Shown piece by piece: positions 50,913 through 60,895 of a DNA stretch of 64,000 nt. The stretch comes from an uncultured Bacillota bacterium (GTDB lineage: Bacteria > Bacillota > DTU025 > MWDF01). Each line of letters starts with the position of its first letter. The stretch's first letter is position 1. The position numbers were made by a program, and so were the translations under genes. The DNA lies in assembly GCA_963823655.1 (NCBI GenBank), contig CAWGMK010000006.1, positions 160,001 through 224,000 on the forward strand, written 5' to 3'. The notes beneath the pieces are model-generated. The model searched no databases. It was not told the DNA's origin and saw only the letters and a program-made list of their open reading frames with translations.

Positions 50913-52216
50913 TGAAATATGAGGAGGCCATGTCCTACCTTTCCTCTGCATCCAGGTTCGGGATAAAGCCGGGGCTTGCCAGGACTTCGGCTTTGGCTGC
51001 CGCCCTGGGGCATCCGGAGCGGCACATGAGGTTCGTCCACATCGCGGGAACCAATGGAAAAGGGTCGGTTTCCGTGATGGTCGAATCTGCGATAAGGAAG
51101 GCCGGCATAAGGACCGGGCTATTTACCTCTCCTCACCTCAGCTCATATACGGAGCGGATTAAGGTGGCCGGCAGGGACATCTCTCAAGAAGACCTGTCAG
51201 TTATGGTTGAATCGGTTAAGGTTGCGGCCGAAGGTTTGACAGGAGAGGGCATTGATGCGCCGACAGAATTCGAGTTGTGCACTGCCTTCTGCCTGGAGCA
51301 TTTCAGAAGGCAGGAAGTCAGGCTTGCAGTAATGGAAGTAGGCCTTGGCGGAAGATACGATTCGACGAACATCATCGCACCCGACGTAGCTGTGATAACG
51401 CATATAGCATACGATCATATGGAGCGGTTGGGCAGGACTTTGGGGAGGATAGCGTTCGACAAGTGCGGCATAATAAAGCCCGGGGTTGAAGTCGTATCTG
51501 CCTCACAGTGCGAAGAAGCGGCCTCGATGATAAGGCGGGAAGCCAAGGCAAAAGGCGCGCCGCTCTACGAACCGGGCTGCGGATATGAATACGCGATGAC
51601 GGGCTTGAGCATTGAGGGCACTCAGGTGGAGTTTTCGGGGCAAAGCCTGTCAGGAAGGTTTACGACCTCGCTTGTGGGCATACACCAGGCGGACAACATG
51701 GCGGCGGCGCTTGCGGCGCTCGACTGCCTTATCGAATCCGGCTGGCAGATTTCGGAGCAGGACATATCGGAGGGGTTGAAGCAGGCGGTCCATCCCGGAA
51801 GGTTCGAAGTGATTCCGGGCGACCCGATGGTAATCCTCGACGGCGCGCACAACCCGGACGGTGCCAAGGCGCTTTCCGAGACGCTCGGACATGTCATGGG
51901 CGGCAAGAAGCCCGTAGCTATAATGGGCTTTTCGGCAGATAAGCCGTACGCTAGTATGATTGAGACGCTTGCAGGCAGGATATCGTACCTTATCGGAACG
52001 GACATTGCCCACACAAGGTCAGGCTGCGTAAAGTGCAGTGACATCGCAGCAAGTGGCAACGGTTTAGGGATCAAGTCGATTTGCATCGAAAACCACGAGG
52101 AGGCGCTTCATAAGGGCCAGGAGCTGGCTCGTTTAGCGGGAGTGCCACTTCTGGTCTGCGGGTCGTTATACCTCATCGGAGAAATCAGGGGGCTTGTGCT
52201 GGACAGGAGGCAATAA
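50912..52216 (+). CDS. folC: Folylpolyglutamate synthase/dihydrofolate synthase
   Basis: HIAGTNGKGS, FTSPHL, EVGLGGRYDSTN, LDGAHNP, CGSLYL; follows valS. Confidence 0.95.
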   Translation: MKYEEAMSYLSSASRFGIKPGLARTSALAAALGHPERHMRFVHIAGTNGKGSVSVMVESAIRKAGIRTGLFTSPHLSSYTERIKVAGRDISQEDLSVMVESVKVAAEGLTGEGIDAPTEFELCTAFCLEHFRRQEVRLAVMEVGLGGRYDSTNIIAPDVAVITHIAYDHMERLGRTLGRIAFDKCGIIKPGVEVVSASQCEEAASMIRREAKAKGAPLYEPGCGYEYAMTGLSIEGTQVEFSGQSLSGRFTTSLVGIHQADNMAAALAALDCLIESGWQISEQDISEGLKQAVHPGRFEVIPGDPMVILDGAHNPDGAKALSETLGHVMGGKKPVAIMGFSADKPYASMIETLAGRISYLIGTDIAHTRSGCVKCSDIAASGNGLGIKSICIENHEEALHKGQELARLAGVPLLVCGSLYLIGEIRGLVLDRRQ

Positions 52217-52219
52217 CCT

Positions 52220-52954
52220 ATGGAAGATGCCGGCATGGAATTTGAAAGGATTGATTACGGGCTTTTCGCCCCGAAAAGGCTAACAGTCCTTTTCGGCGCT
52301 TTCGGAAGCGGCAAGACGGAGCTTGCTGTCAATATCGCGATAGGCCTTGCAGGATCGTACAAGGACGTATCCCTTATCGACATCGACATAGTAAAACCCA
52401 TGTTCAGATCCAGGGAGCTCAGGAAGCAAGTGCAGGCAGCCGGCGTCAGGATGGTAGACACTATGGCAGGTCTGGAGAATGCCGATTTACCCATCGTCAC
52501 CGGAGAGGTGGACGCGCTGGTAGGTTCCAAAGGCGGCAGAGTGGTCGTAGATGTAGGAGGCGACCACCTCGGGGCAAGGGCACTGGGAAGGTACGCAGGC
52601 AGGGTGAGCCGGGACTATGACGCGCTATACGTAATTAATACTAGACGGCCATTCGCCTCGAGCAAAGAAGAAATTATGAAGATGATGGCAATGGTCGAGG
52701 AGGCCTCGCGCCTTAAGACGACAGGGCTTGTGGCAAACACCAACCTGGGGATAGAAAGCGACATCGAGCTGGCATATGAAGGGCTTGGCATCATCAAAGA
52801 GGTGTCTGAGGAGACAGGATTGCCGATACGCTTCGTCGCCCTGCATGACAGCCTGATCCGAAAGGATCCGAAGAGGGCCGCTGAACTTGGGCTAAGCACC
52901 GGGCTGCCGATCCTTCCGCTGAAGAGGTATCTGTTAAAACCGTGGGAAGCATAG
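52220..52954 (+). CDS. P-loop NTPase (CobQ/MinD/ParA-like clostridial family)
   Basis: GAFGSGKTE, DIDIVKPMFRSRE, DVGGD..GA. Confidence 0.8.
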   Translation: MEDAGMEFERIDYGLFAPKRLTVLFGAFGSGKTELAVNIAIGLAGSYKDVSLIDIDIVKPMFRSRELRKQVQAAGVRMVDTMAGLENADLPIVTGEVDALVGSKGGRVVVDVGGDHLGARALGRYAGRVSRDYDALYVINTRRPFASSKEEIMKMMAMVEEASRLKTTGLVANTNLGIESDIELAYEGLGIIKEVSEETGLPIRFVALHDSLIRKDPKRAAELGLSTGLPILPLKRYLLKPWEA

Positions 52955-53002
52955 CAGGAGAAAGCGCCCGGCAGATGAATATGTTATCCGGAGGAAAGAT
53001 GG

Positions 53003-53753
53003 ATGGATAGTAGAGGCGGTACGAACAGCAGGAGAGTATTATCATGGATCGCGGCGGTGATCTTGATCGCAGCAGGCGCTGTTGCGATAGGATGGTTCGC
53101 CGGGGCCGCCCTTATAGATTTCTGGGCACCTGCCAGCGAGGATTACCCGATAGAAGAAGAGGGTACAGAGGGCACCGATCCTGATGCAGCAGCAGATGGA
53201 GAAACCGCTATTGATTTGGAAGTGCAGGATGATGCCGAACCCGCGTCGCAAGGCGCCGAGGGTTCCGGTGCAGAAGCAGACGCAACAGATGCGGGAACTT
53301 CGCCTTTCGCCAGCCCGCCGTGGGCGAACAATCTGGTAATCAAACCTCTGGACGAGGAGCCGGAAGCAGCCTCTGAAGTGGCTTCCGATCTGATCGATAT
53401 CGAGGTTTCGACAGACGAACAAACGGCAGATACAGCTGCAGTAGTTGACCTCCCGCAGGCAGATCAGGCAGCAGCTGCCGACCAAGTGCCGTCAGTGCCG
53501 GCTTCCTACGGCGGGGACAGCCGCTGAGCAGCAAAGCGCATCGCCGCTTTATAAAGTAAGGGTCGGCCCGTATCCCAATAAAGAAGAGGCAACCGCAGCC
53601 GCAGCGAAACTGACTGAGCTGCAATATCCGACAATTGTGATTTCAAGCGGGCCTTTCTATGTGCAAATCGGCGCATTTACAGTCTGGGCCAATGCCGAAA
53701 ATCTCCTGAAAAAGGTTCAGGCCTCCGGTTTTACGGCTGCTATAGTCAATTAG
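53003..53753 (+). CDS. SPOR-domain membrane protein with acidic linker (frameshift at ~53500)
   Basis: N-terminal TM segment, acidic linker, then YKVRVGPY and YVQIGAF...NAE SPOR repeats in ORF 53445-53753. Confidence 0.8.
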
Positions 53754-53767
53754 GCAGGGAGGCGGCA

Positions 53768-54136
53768 ATGAAGATAGACGAGGTGGCCTCGCTACTTGAG
53801 GCAGAGGTAATGGCCTGTGGGATGGATTCGCTCTCCGAAGAGGCGGATTTCGCCTTCGCGGCCGATCTTCTCAGCGATGTCCTTGCCTTCGGAAGGCCGG
53901 GTTATCTTCTGCTGACCGGCCTTATGGGAGGGCAGCTGATCAGGACTGCCGAGATTTCGGGCGTTGCGGCGATAATTTTCGTAAGGGGCAAAAGGCCAAC
54001 CCACGATATGACAGAGCTTGCGACAAAGACAGGAATGCCTTTGCTTACTACCAGGATGACGATGTACGAGGCCTGCGGAAAGCTCTATGAGGCAGGGGTC
54101 AGCCCCGCCGACTGCACTTCGGTAAGGGGGTCGTAA
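53768..54136 (+). CDS. DRTGG-domain protein
   Basis: AADLLSDVLA, LLLTGL, IRTAE, IIFVRGKRP, YEACGKLYEAG. Confidence 0.88.
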   Translation: MKIDEVASLLEAEVMACGMDSLSEEADFAFAADLLSDVLAFGRPGYLLLTGLMGGQLIRTAEISGVAAIIFVRGKRPTHDMTELATKTGMPLLTTRMTMYEACGKLYEAGVSPADCTSVRGS

Positions 54137-54137
54137 T

Positions 54138-54572
54138 ATGTCTTCTGCCGACAACACAAAGCTGCATTTTGAGATCATCTCCCGCGATTTTCTAAGGGCG
54201 GGGGATGCGGCGTCGACCATCAAGCGCTACCTGAGCCAGAACGGCTTCGATCCCGAGCTGGTCAGAAGGGCGGCTGTGGCGGCATACGAGGCCGAGATGA
54301 ACATAGTCATCCACTCCCTTGGAGGTATGCTCACAGCGCAGGTTGAACCAGACCTGATTCTGATAACAGCTGTAGATGTAGGGCCCGGGATACCCGACAT
54401 ACCGTTGGCAATGACCGAGGGCTGGTCGACTGCGGACGAAGAGGCGAGGCGGATGGGCTTCGGAGCAGGCATGGGACTGCCGAATATGCAGAAGTGCTCA
54501 GACAAGTTCGAGATCACTTCAAGCCCCGGTACAGGCACGATGGTGAGGATGACCTTGAACAGGCACAAGTAG
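54138..54572 (+). CDS. RsbT/RsbW-like Ser/Thr kinase (HATPase)
   Basis: DF..AG.A...IK, YEAEMNIVIH, DVGPGIPDI, GWST, GFGAGMGLPNM. Confidence 0.88.
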   Translation: MSSADNTKLHFEIISRDFLRAGDAASTIKRYLSQNGFDPELVRRAAVAAYEAEMNIVIHSLGGMLTAQVEPDLILITAVDVGPGIPDIPLAMTEGWSTADEEARRMGFGAGMGLPNMQKCSDKFEITSSPGTGTMVRMTLNRHK

Positions 54573-54606
54573 TGTATTTTTAAAGATACAATCGATATTT
54601 AACCTG

Positions 54607-54646
54607 TTGAGGGTGGGGGAAAGGGCCTTACCCTCAATTTTCTTTG
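54607..54646 (+). terminator. Terminator ending the valS operon
   Basis: TTGAGGGT...ACCCTCAA plus TTTTCTTT. Confidence 0.7.
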
Positions 54647-54824
54647 CTTTAGCAGGCAATTCATGCTCATAGGTGTGTCCCCTCCCCCTTATGCGCCGAT
54701 TATGCGGATATTCAGGCGAAAGTGAAGAACTTTGTGAAAAGTTGTTGTATAATTCATATTGGATTTGGGCGCACTTGCGGACAATAAGCCGTTGAAGTGC
54801 AAGAATAGTGAACGGAGAGGTAAG

Positions 54825-55280
54825 ATGCAGCAGACCGGAAAGGTTTTGGCCGTAGAGAAGGGTTGGGCGGTCCTGGAGATAATCAGGCCCCATGCATGCG
54901 CAGGTTGCGGCATGTGCAAGCCTTCAGATAACGCCAAAAAAGTTAAAGCAATCTGCGAAATTGACGTAACACCGGGAGATTTCGTGACCGTTGAGATAAA
55001 AGACGGAGACCTCGTCAAGGTTGCCGGCATAGCATACGGGGTTCCTCTATTGGGTTTCCTTGCAGGCATGATCGCCGGGAACGGTGTCGCGAAGTATTTC
55101 AAGATGGCTGACAAGGCGAACGGTTTCGCCGCTATAGGAGGCTTCCTGTTCCTTGCTCTGGCATATTTCGCTGTTAGGAAATATGACATGGGCCTGGATA
55201 AGAGGAAGTACTGTCCGACGGTTTCAGGTAAAGCAGATCCCGGGGAAGATTCGTGCCCGGGCAGGGGCAATGCCTCTTGA
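54825..55280 (+). CDS. RseC/MucC family membrane protein
   Basis: G.V......A.....ACAGCGMC, PGDFVTV, AYGVPL, two TM segments. Confidence 0.85.
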   Translation: MQQTGKVLAVEKGWAVLEIIRPHACAGCGMCKPSDNAKKVKAICEIDVTPGDFVTVEIKDGDLVKVAGIAYGVPLLGFLAGMIAGNGVAKYFKMADKANGFAAIGGFLFLALAYFAVRKYDMGLDKRKYCPTVSGKADPGEDSCPGRGNAS

Positions 55281-55304
55281 TTCTAAAAACAGGGGGGTTA
55301 AAGC

Positions 55305-55952
55305 ATGAGCGAGCAGAAAGTACCTGATGTAGTAATCAGAAGGCTTCCTATGTACCTTAGGGCTTTGGACAACCTGGAAAGCGCCGGCTTGACCATCGTC
55401 TCATCAAAGGAGATGGGTGATGTAACGGGCATCTCTCCTACTCAGGTTCGTAAGGACCTGACAATATTCGGAGGCTTCGGCAAGCAGGGGGTAGGCTACA
55501 AGATCAGCACCCTGAAGAAACAGCTCATGACCATCCTGAAGCTCGACAAGGACGTTAAGATCGCGATAATCGGGCTCGGCAGGATGGGCAAGGCGATCAT
55601 TCATTACAATGCATACAGGCGCGGCACGGGGCAGAGGACCAGCGGCTCTGAGAAGCTCGTGATAGAGGCCGGATTCGATGTCGATGAGGCCGTACTCAAG
55701 GAAGGCCCGTTCGATACTGTGCCCGCATACAATATAAGCATGCTCAAGGACGTAATTGCGCAGAATGAGATTAAGATCGCAGTCCTTACTGTACCTGCGG
55801 AATCGGCCCAGAAGGTGGCGGACATCTGTGTACAAGCGGGCATAAAGGCGATACTCAACTTCACTCCCGCGACGCTTTCTGTGCCCGAGCATGTGAAAGT
55901 AAGCAATGCCGATGTGACGGTATCGCTCCAGAGCCTTTCATTCTACGCTTGA
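55305..55952 (+). CDS. rex: Redox-sensing transcriptional repressor Rex
   Basis: RRLPMYLR, QVRKDL..FG.FGKQGVGY, IGLGRMG, ILNFTP. Confidence 0.95.
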   Translation: MSEQKVPDVVIRRLPMYLRALDNLESAGLTIVSSKEMGDVTGISPTQVRKDLTIFGGFGKQGVGYKISTLKKQLMTILKLDKDVKIAIIGLGRMGKAIIHYNAYRRGTGQRTSGSEKLVIEAGFDVDEAVLKEGPFDTVPAYNISMLKDVIAQNEIKIAVLTVPAESAQKVADICVQAGIKAILNFTPATLSVPEHVKVSNADVTVSLQSLSFYA

Positions 55953-55986
55953 TCTCTAACCTATCGAATCAAGGAGGTAAATCCCT

Positions 55987-56904
55987 ATGTCCGGCAAGGC
56001 ATCGATTTTTACGCGCGGCAAGGTCCAGGGAATAATCCTTCTGGTGCTGATAATCGTCATCGGGGCGACTATCGCAGCAGCAAGCTACACCGAGACTGAC
56101 AAGTATTGCAGTTCCTGCCATTCAATGAAGCCCCTGGCCGATACATGGTCTGAAAGCAACCATGCACAGGTTGGATGCGCCGAATGCCATATGAAGCCCG
56201 GTTTCACGGGCTGGTTTGAGAACCGCTTCGCCATAGCCCGTATGAGGGGCGTAGAGAAGAAGGGCGGAACCACAAGTTTCGCCGAAATGCAGATAGAGGA
56301 CCAGTTCTGCGTGCGCTGCCATGCCAATGCGAGCACTTCCAAAGGATCGGAAGAGGTGGCGGCTCCGCACACCATACATGTTGGCGGAATGGGCATCGCC
56401 TGCTATGAGTGCCACGAGGGCCAGGTTCACGGGCTGGATGGCAACATGCCAGAGGGTATAAGCCATGACAAGTGCAACACCTGCCATTACGACTGGTTCG
56501 CAGAAGGCACCGCCGACTGCGCCAAGTGCCACATAAAAGCCGACATCGAAGCCACCGACAAGCTTATTATCCCTCACGAGACCCACAACTTCTTCGGGTG
56601 CGAATCCTGCCATGTCGAGTACGTGATAGGCGCTGAGGGCGAGCTGGGGCATCCGACCTGCACGCAATGCCATGAGGATTGGTTCAATGCGGCGGCCCCA
56701 AGCTGCGGAAGCTGCCATATCAATTTGGAGTTCACAGAGACCGAGGAATATACAATCCCCCATGGCGCACACATCGGCTTCGGGTGCGAGACCTGCCACA
56801 GCGACCAGGTTACACCCGCAGGAGAGGGCCTGAGCCATGCATCCTGCGAAGGCTGCCACGGCGACTGGTTCGAAGAAGAGTGCACCAAGTGCCATAAGTG
56901 GTAG
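55987..56904 (+). CDS. Membrane-anchored dodecahaem c-type cytochrome (NapC/NrfH-like head plus three trihaem repeats)
   Basis: 12 CxxCH motifs counted; N-terminal TM helix; first motif is CSSCHSM; RBS AAGGAGG. Confidence 0.9.
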   Translation: MSGKASIFTRGKVQGIILLVLIIVIGATIAAASYTETDKYCSSCHSMKPLADTWSESNHAQVGCAECHMKPGFTGWFENRFAIARMRGVEKKGGTTSFAEMQIEDQFCVRCHANASTSKGSEEVAAPHTIHVGGMGIACYECHEGQVHGLDGNMPEGISHDKCNTCHYDWFAEGTADCAKCHIKADIEATDKLIIPHETHNFFGCESCHVEYVIGAEGELGHPTCTQCHEDWFNAAAPSCGSCHINLEFTETEEYTIPHGAHIGFGCETCHSDQVTPAGEGLSHASCEGCHGDWFEEECTKCHKW

Positions 56905-56918
56905 GAAGGCGGGAAAGT

Positions 56919-57761
56919 ATGCACAAGATCCTTGAGAAAAGGCCTCTGGCCCAATCTGTCTACATGTTCGTGCTGGAAGCCCCGCTGGTGGCAAGGGCCG
57001 CCAAACCGGGCAACTTCGTTATGGTAAGGGCTGATGAGGCCGGCGAGAGGATACCTCTTACCATCGTAGATAACGACCCTGCAAAAGGGACGATAACCAT
57101 CGTAGTCCAGGAAATCGGCGCATCAACCATGAAGATGTGCGCATTTCCGGAAGGCGCATCATTCTCGGATGTTTTGGGCCCCTGCGGCACGCCCACCAAG
57201 ATCGAGAAGGTCGGCACCGTCATTGCCGTTGCAGGGGGCATCGGGATAGCACCCCTCATCCCGCAGATAAGGGAACACATGAGAGTAGGCAACAAGGTAG
57301 TAACAATCCTCGGCGCAAGGACTGAGGACCTCTATGTGCTAAGGGATACGGCGACTATGGTTTCAAGCGAGATGATACTTTGCACAGATGACGGAAGCTG
57401 CGGCTTCCACGGTTTCGTTACGCAGGCCCTTGAAGAGTATATAAAGGCGGGCAAGCCTGCGGATGAGGTTGTGGCGATAGGTCCGGTCAGGATGATGAAG
57501 GCCTGCGCCGATGTGACAAGGAAGTATGGAATCAAGACGACGGTCAGCCTCAACGCCACCATGCTTGACGGCACCGGAATGTGCGGCTGCTGCAGGGTCA
57601 GCATCGACGGCGTGACGAAGTTCTCGTGCGTTGACGGGCCCGAGTTCGATGCCCACAAAGTGGATTTCGACGAGCTGATAAAAAGGCAGACTTTCTTCCG
57701 CGAAGAGGAGAAGCTCGCAGTTGAAAAGCACAGGGCGGGGGAGGGCTGCAAATGCCAGTAA
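56919..57761 (+). CDS. nfnA: NADH-dependent ferredoxin:NADP+ oxidoreductase small subunit (NfnA/SudB type)
   Basis: GERIPLTI, GGIGIAP, TDDGS, MLDGTGMCGCCRV, CVDGPEF. Confidence 0.9.
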   Translation: MHKILEKRPLAQSVYMFVLEAPLVARAAKPGNFVMVRADEAGERIPLTIVDNDPAKGTITIVVQEIGASTMKMCAFPEGASFSDVLGPCGTPTKIEKVGTVIAVAGGIGIAPLIPQIREHMRVGNKVVTILGARTEDLYVLRDTATMVSSEMILCTDDGSCGFHGFVTQALEEYIKAGKPADEVVAIGPVRMMKACADVTRKYGIKTTVSLNATMLDGTGMCGCCRVSIDGVTKFSCVDGPEFDAHKVDFDELIKRQTFFREEEKLAVEKHRAGEGCKCQ

Positions 57762-59155
57762 AGGATCTTTTCGCGCGGCCTGAGATGCCCAAACAGGACC
57801 CGGGCGTGCGCAGTACGAATTTCAATGAAGTGGCCCTGGGCCTGGCCGAAGAAACCGCAATGCTTGAAGCCCAGAGGTGCATACAGTGCAAGAACAAGCC
57901 TTGCGTTGCCGGCTGCCCCGTCGAAGTGCCAATACCGGAATTCCTGGCCCTTTCGGCCCAGGGCAAGTTCACCGAAGCTTCTTTGAAAATCAAGGAGAAG
58001 AACAGCCTTCCTGCGGTATGCGGCAGGGTGTGCCCTCAGGAGAGCCAGTGCGAACAGGTATGCACGCTCGCCAAGAAGTTCAAGCCTGTGGCGATAGGCA
58101 TGATGGAGCGTTTCGTTTCCGACTATGAAAGGGCTAATTCCTCTGAGGATACGAAGAGAAGGACCAAGGATGGCGCAAAGAAAGTCGCAGTCATCGGATC
58201 CGGCCCGTCGGGGCTCACCTGCGCCGCGGACCTTGCGCTGATGGGCTATAACGTTGACATCTACGAGTCTTTGCACGAGACAGGTGGCGTCTTGAGGTAC
58301 GGCATCCCTGAGTTCAGGCTTCCCAAGGACATCGTCGACAAGGAAGTGCAGTACGTAAGGGAGCTTGGCGTAAGGATCATCACCAATGCCGTGATCGGCA
58401 TGAGCCTGACTTTAGAGGAGCTTCTGAGCACAGAGGGCTACAGCGCCGTCTTCATAGGCACGGGCGCAGGCCTTCCTTATTTCCTCGGCATACCGGGCGA
58501 GAACCTCAACGGCGTATATTCTGCCAATGAGTTTCTCACCAGGGTGAACCTTATGAAAGCCTACAAATTCCCCTGCTACGGGACGCCTGTGAAGATTGGC
58601 GAGAAGGTAGCGGTAGTCGGAGCGGGCAATGTGGCGATGGACTCGGCGAGGACCGCGCTCAGGCTGGGTGCCAAGGAAGTAAGCATAGTATACAGGAGGT
58701 CCCGCCAGGAGATGCCGGCGAGGATCGAGGAGATCGAAAACGCCGAGGAAGAGGGAGTCAAGCTTAACCTACTGACGAACCCGCTGGAGATCGTCGGCGA
58801 CTCTAATGGCGCAGTAATGAAGATGATCTGCCAGAGGATGGAGCTTGGTGAACCGGATGCCTCCGGGAGGCGCAGACCGGTTCCTGTGGCAGGCTCTGAG
58901 TTCGATGTTGAAGCACAGACGGTCGTTGTGGCGATAGGACAGGGGCCCAACCCCGTTCTGACGAGGAACACCAAGGGACTTGAGCTGAATAAGTATGGCA
59001 ATATTGTGTCAAGGGACGAGTATGGTCAGACCAGCATGCCCGGTGTATTCGCCGGTGGCGACATAGTCACGGGCGCGGCTACAGTCATAGCCGCCATGGG
59101 AGCAGGCAAGTTAGCAGCCAAAGGTATAGATATCTACATTAAATCGAAAGTATAA
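57752..59155 (+). CDS. nfnB: NfnB/SudA (GltD-like) large subunit
   Basis: [60 protein letters not shown]. Confidence 0.9.
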   Translation: MPVKDLFARPEMPKQDPGVRSTNFNEVALGLAEETAMLEAQRCIQCKNKPCVAGCPVEVPIPEFLALSAQGKFTEASLKIKEKNSLPAVCGRVCPQESQCEQVCTLAKKFKPVAIGMMERFVSDYERANSSEDTKRRTKDGAKKVAVIGSGPSGLTCAADLALMGYNVDIYESLHETGGVLRYGIPEFRLPKDIVDKEVQYVRELGVRIITNAVIGMSLTLEELLSTEGYSAVFIGTGAGLPYFLGIPGENLNGVYSANEFLTRVNLMKAYKFPCYGTPVKIGEKVAVVGAGNVAMDSARTALRLGAKEVSIVYRRSRQEMPARIEEIENAEEEGVKLNLLTNPLEIVGDSNGAVMKMICQRMELGEPDASGRRRPVPVAGSEFDVEAQTVVVAIGQGPNPVLTRNTKGLELNKYGNIVSRDEYGQTSMPGVFAGGDIVTGAATVIAAMGAGKLAAKGIDIYIKSKV

Positions 59156-59169
59156 GTGGAGGTGCCAAG

Positions 59170-60849
59170 ATGCCCATACCAAGCGACATCCAGATAGCAC
59201 AGGCAACAGAGTTGAGACCGATATCGGAAGTGGCGGCAAGCATCGGCCTTTCCGAGGAAGACCTCGAGCATTACGGCAAATACAAGGCAAAGCTCCCCTT
59301 AAGCCTGCTTGAAAGGCTCAAGGACAGGAAAGACGGCAAGCTGATCTACACAACTGCAATCACCGCGACGCCAGCTGGCGAGGGTAAGACCTGCACCGCG
59401 ATAGGCGTGACCCAGGCGCTGGGCAAGCTCGGCAAGAAAGTGGCCGTAGCCCTCAGGGAACCTTCCCTGGGCCCTGTTTTCGGAGTAAAAGGCGGAGCCA
59501 CCGGCGGGGGCTACTCCCAGGTCCTTCCGATGGAGGACATCAACCTCCACTTCACAGGCGATATTCACGCCGTCACAACGGCGCATAACCTGATGGTAGC
59601 GCTTCTGGACAACCATATTTTCCAGGGCAACGTCCTTAACATCGACCCGAGAAGGGTTACCGTTAAGCGCGTTATGGACATGAATGACAGGCAGCTGAGG
59701 AACATCGTATGCGGGCTTGGCGGCACAAACAACGGAGTGCCCAGGGAGAGCGGCTTCGATATCAGCGTCGCATCAGAAGTGATGGCGATACTTTGCCTGG
59801 CATCGGGCACCGAGGACCTGAAGGCCAGATTGGGAAGGATAATCGTCGCTTATACCCACGACAGGAAGCCTGTGACTGCAGCCGACATCAAAGCAGTAGG
59901 CTCCATGGCAGTGCTGCTCAAGGACGCCATTAAACCGAACCTTGTACAGACAGTCGAAGGGCAGCCCGCGCTGATACACGGCGGCCCGTTCGCCAATATC
60001 GCCCACGGCAACAACTCGATAATCGCAACCCGGCTGGCTCTTAAGTTAGCCGACTATGTAGTAACCGAGGGCGGCTTCGCTTCAGACCTGGGAGCGGAGA
60101 AGTTCTTCGACATAGTACACAGGCAGACCGGCCTCAAGCCGGACGTGGCAGTCCTGGTGGCATCGGTAAGGGCCTTGAACATGCACGGCGGAGTAGCGAA
60201 GGACAAGGTCTCGGAGACCAACCTCGAAGCGCTTGCCAAAGGCTGCGAGAACCTGGAAGCCCACATCGACAACCTGAAGAACAACTTCGGCCTTCCTGTG
60301 GTAGTCGCGATAAACAGGTTCCCGTCCGACAGCCCGGAGGAGCTGGAGCTTGTTAAGGACCGCTGCGAGAAGCGCGGCGTCCGTTACGCGGTTTCCGAAG
60401 TCGTCGCCAAGGGCGGAGATGGCGGCGCAGAGCTTGCAAAGCAGGTCCTGGAAGCGCTCGAGAACGACAAGAACGACTTCAGGATGCTGTACAGCCTCGA
60501 TATACCGGCTGAGGAGAAGATAAAGAAGCTGGCCAAGGAAGTATATGGCGCTGACGATGTGATATTCTCCGAGTCCGCCAAGAATATGCTCGGTACAGTC
60601 AGGAAGATCGGCTATGGCAATCTGCCCATATGCATGGCGAAGACGCAGCATTCCCTCTCGGACAACCCTGATATGAAGGGAAGGCCCAGAGGATGGAAGC
60701 TGAGCGTAAGGGAAATCAGGATATCGGCTGGCGCTGGCTTCATAGTTGCGATAACAGGCGAAGTAATGACCATGCCTGGGCTTCCGAAGGTGCCCGCTGC
60801 GGACAGCATCGATATTCTTGAGGATGGCACTATACTAAATCTGTTCTAA
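59170..60849 (+). CDS. fhs: Formate--tetrahydrofolate ligase
   Basis: [40 protein letters not shown]. Confidence 0.97.
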   Translation: MPIPSDIQIAQATELRPISEVAASIGLSEEDLEHYGKYKAKLPLSLLERLKDRKDGKLIYTTAITATPAGEGKTCTAIGVTQALGKLGKKVAVALREPSLGPVFGVKGGATGGGYSQVLPMEDINLHFTGDIHAVTTAHNLMVALLDNHIFQGNVLNIDPRRVTVKRVMDMNDRQLRNIVCGLGGTNNGVPRESGFDISVASEVMAILCLASGTEDLKARLGRIIVAYTHDRKPVTAADIKAVGSMAVLLKDAIKPNLVQTVEGQPALIHGGPFANIAHGNNSIIATRLALKLADYVVTEGGFASDLGAEKFFDIVHRQTGLKPDVAVLVASVRALNMHGGVAKDKVSETNLEALAKGCENLEAHIDNLKNNFGLPVVVAINRFPSDSPEELELVKDRCEKRGVRYAVSEVVAKGGDGGAELAKQVLEALENDKNDFRMLYSLDIPAEEKIKKLAKEVYGADDVIFSESAKNMLGTVRKIGYGNLPICMAKTQHSLSDNPDMKGRPRGWKLSVREIRISAGAGFIVAITGEVMTMPGLPKVPAADSIDILEDGTILNLF

Positions 60850-60895
60850 GTAGTTAAATAGATAGGGTTTCCAAATCGTCTAAGGAGTGAGATAG

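Noticed and set aside
54731-54760. Rex operator upstream of rseC-rex
   Set aside because: Only the TTGTGAA half-site matches and the second half is poor, so Rex control of the operon is not directly supported
56919-59155. Glutamate synthase (gltD) assignment
   Set aside because: No gltB large subunit is adjacent, and pairing with an NfnA-type subunit indicates NfnAB/Sud
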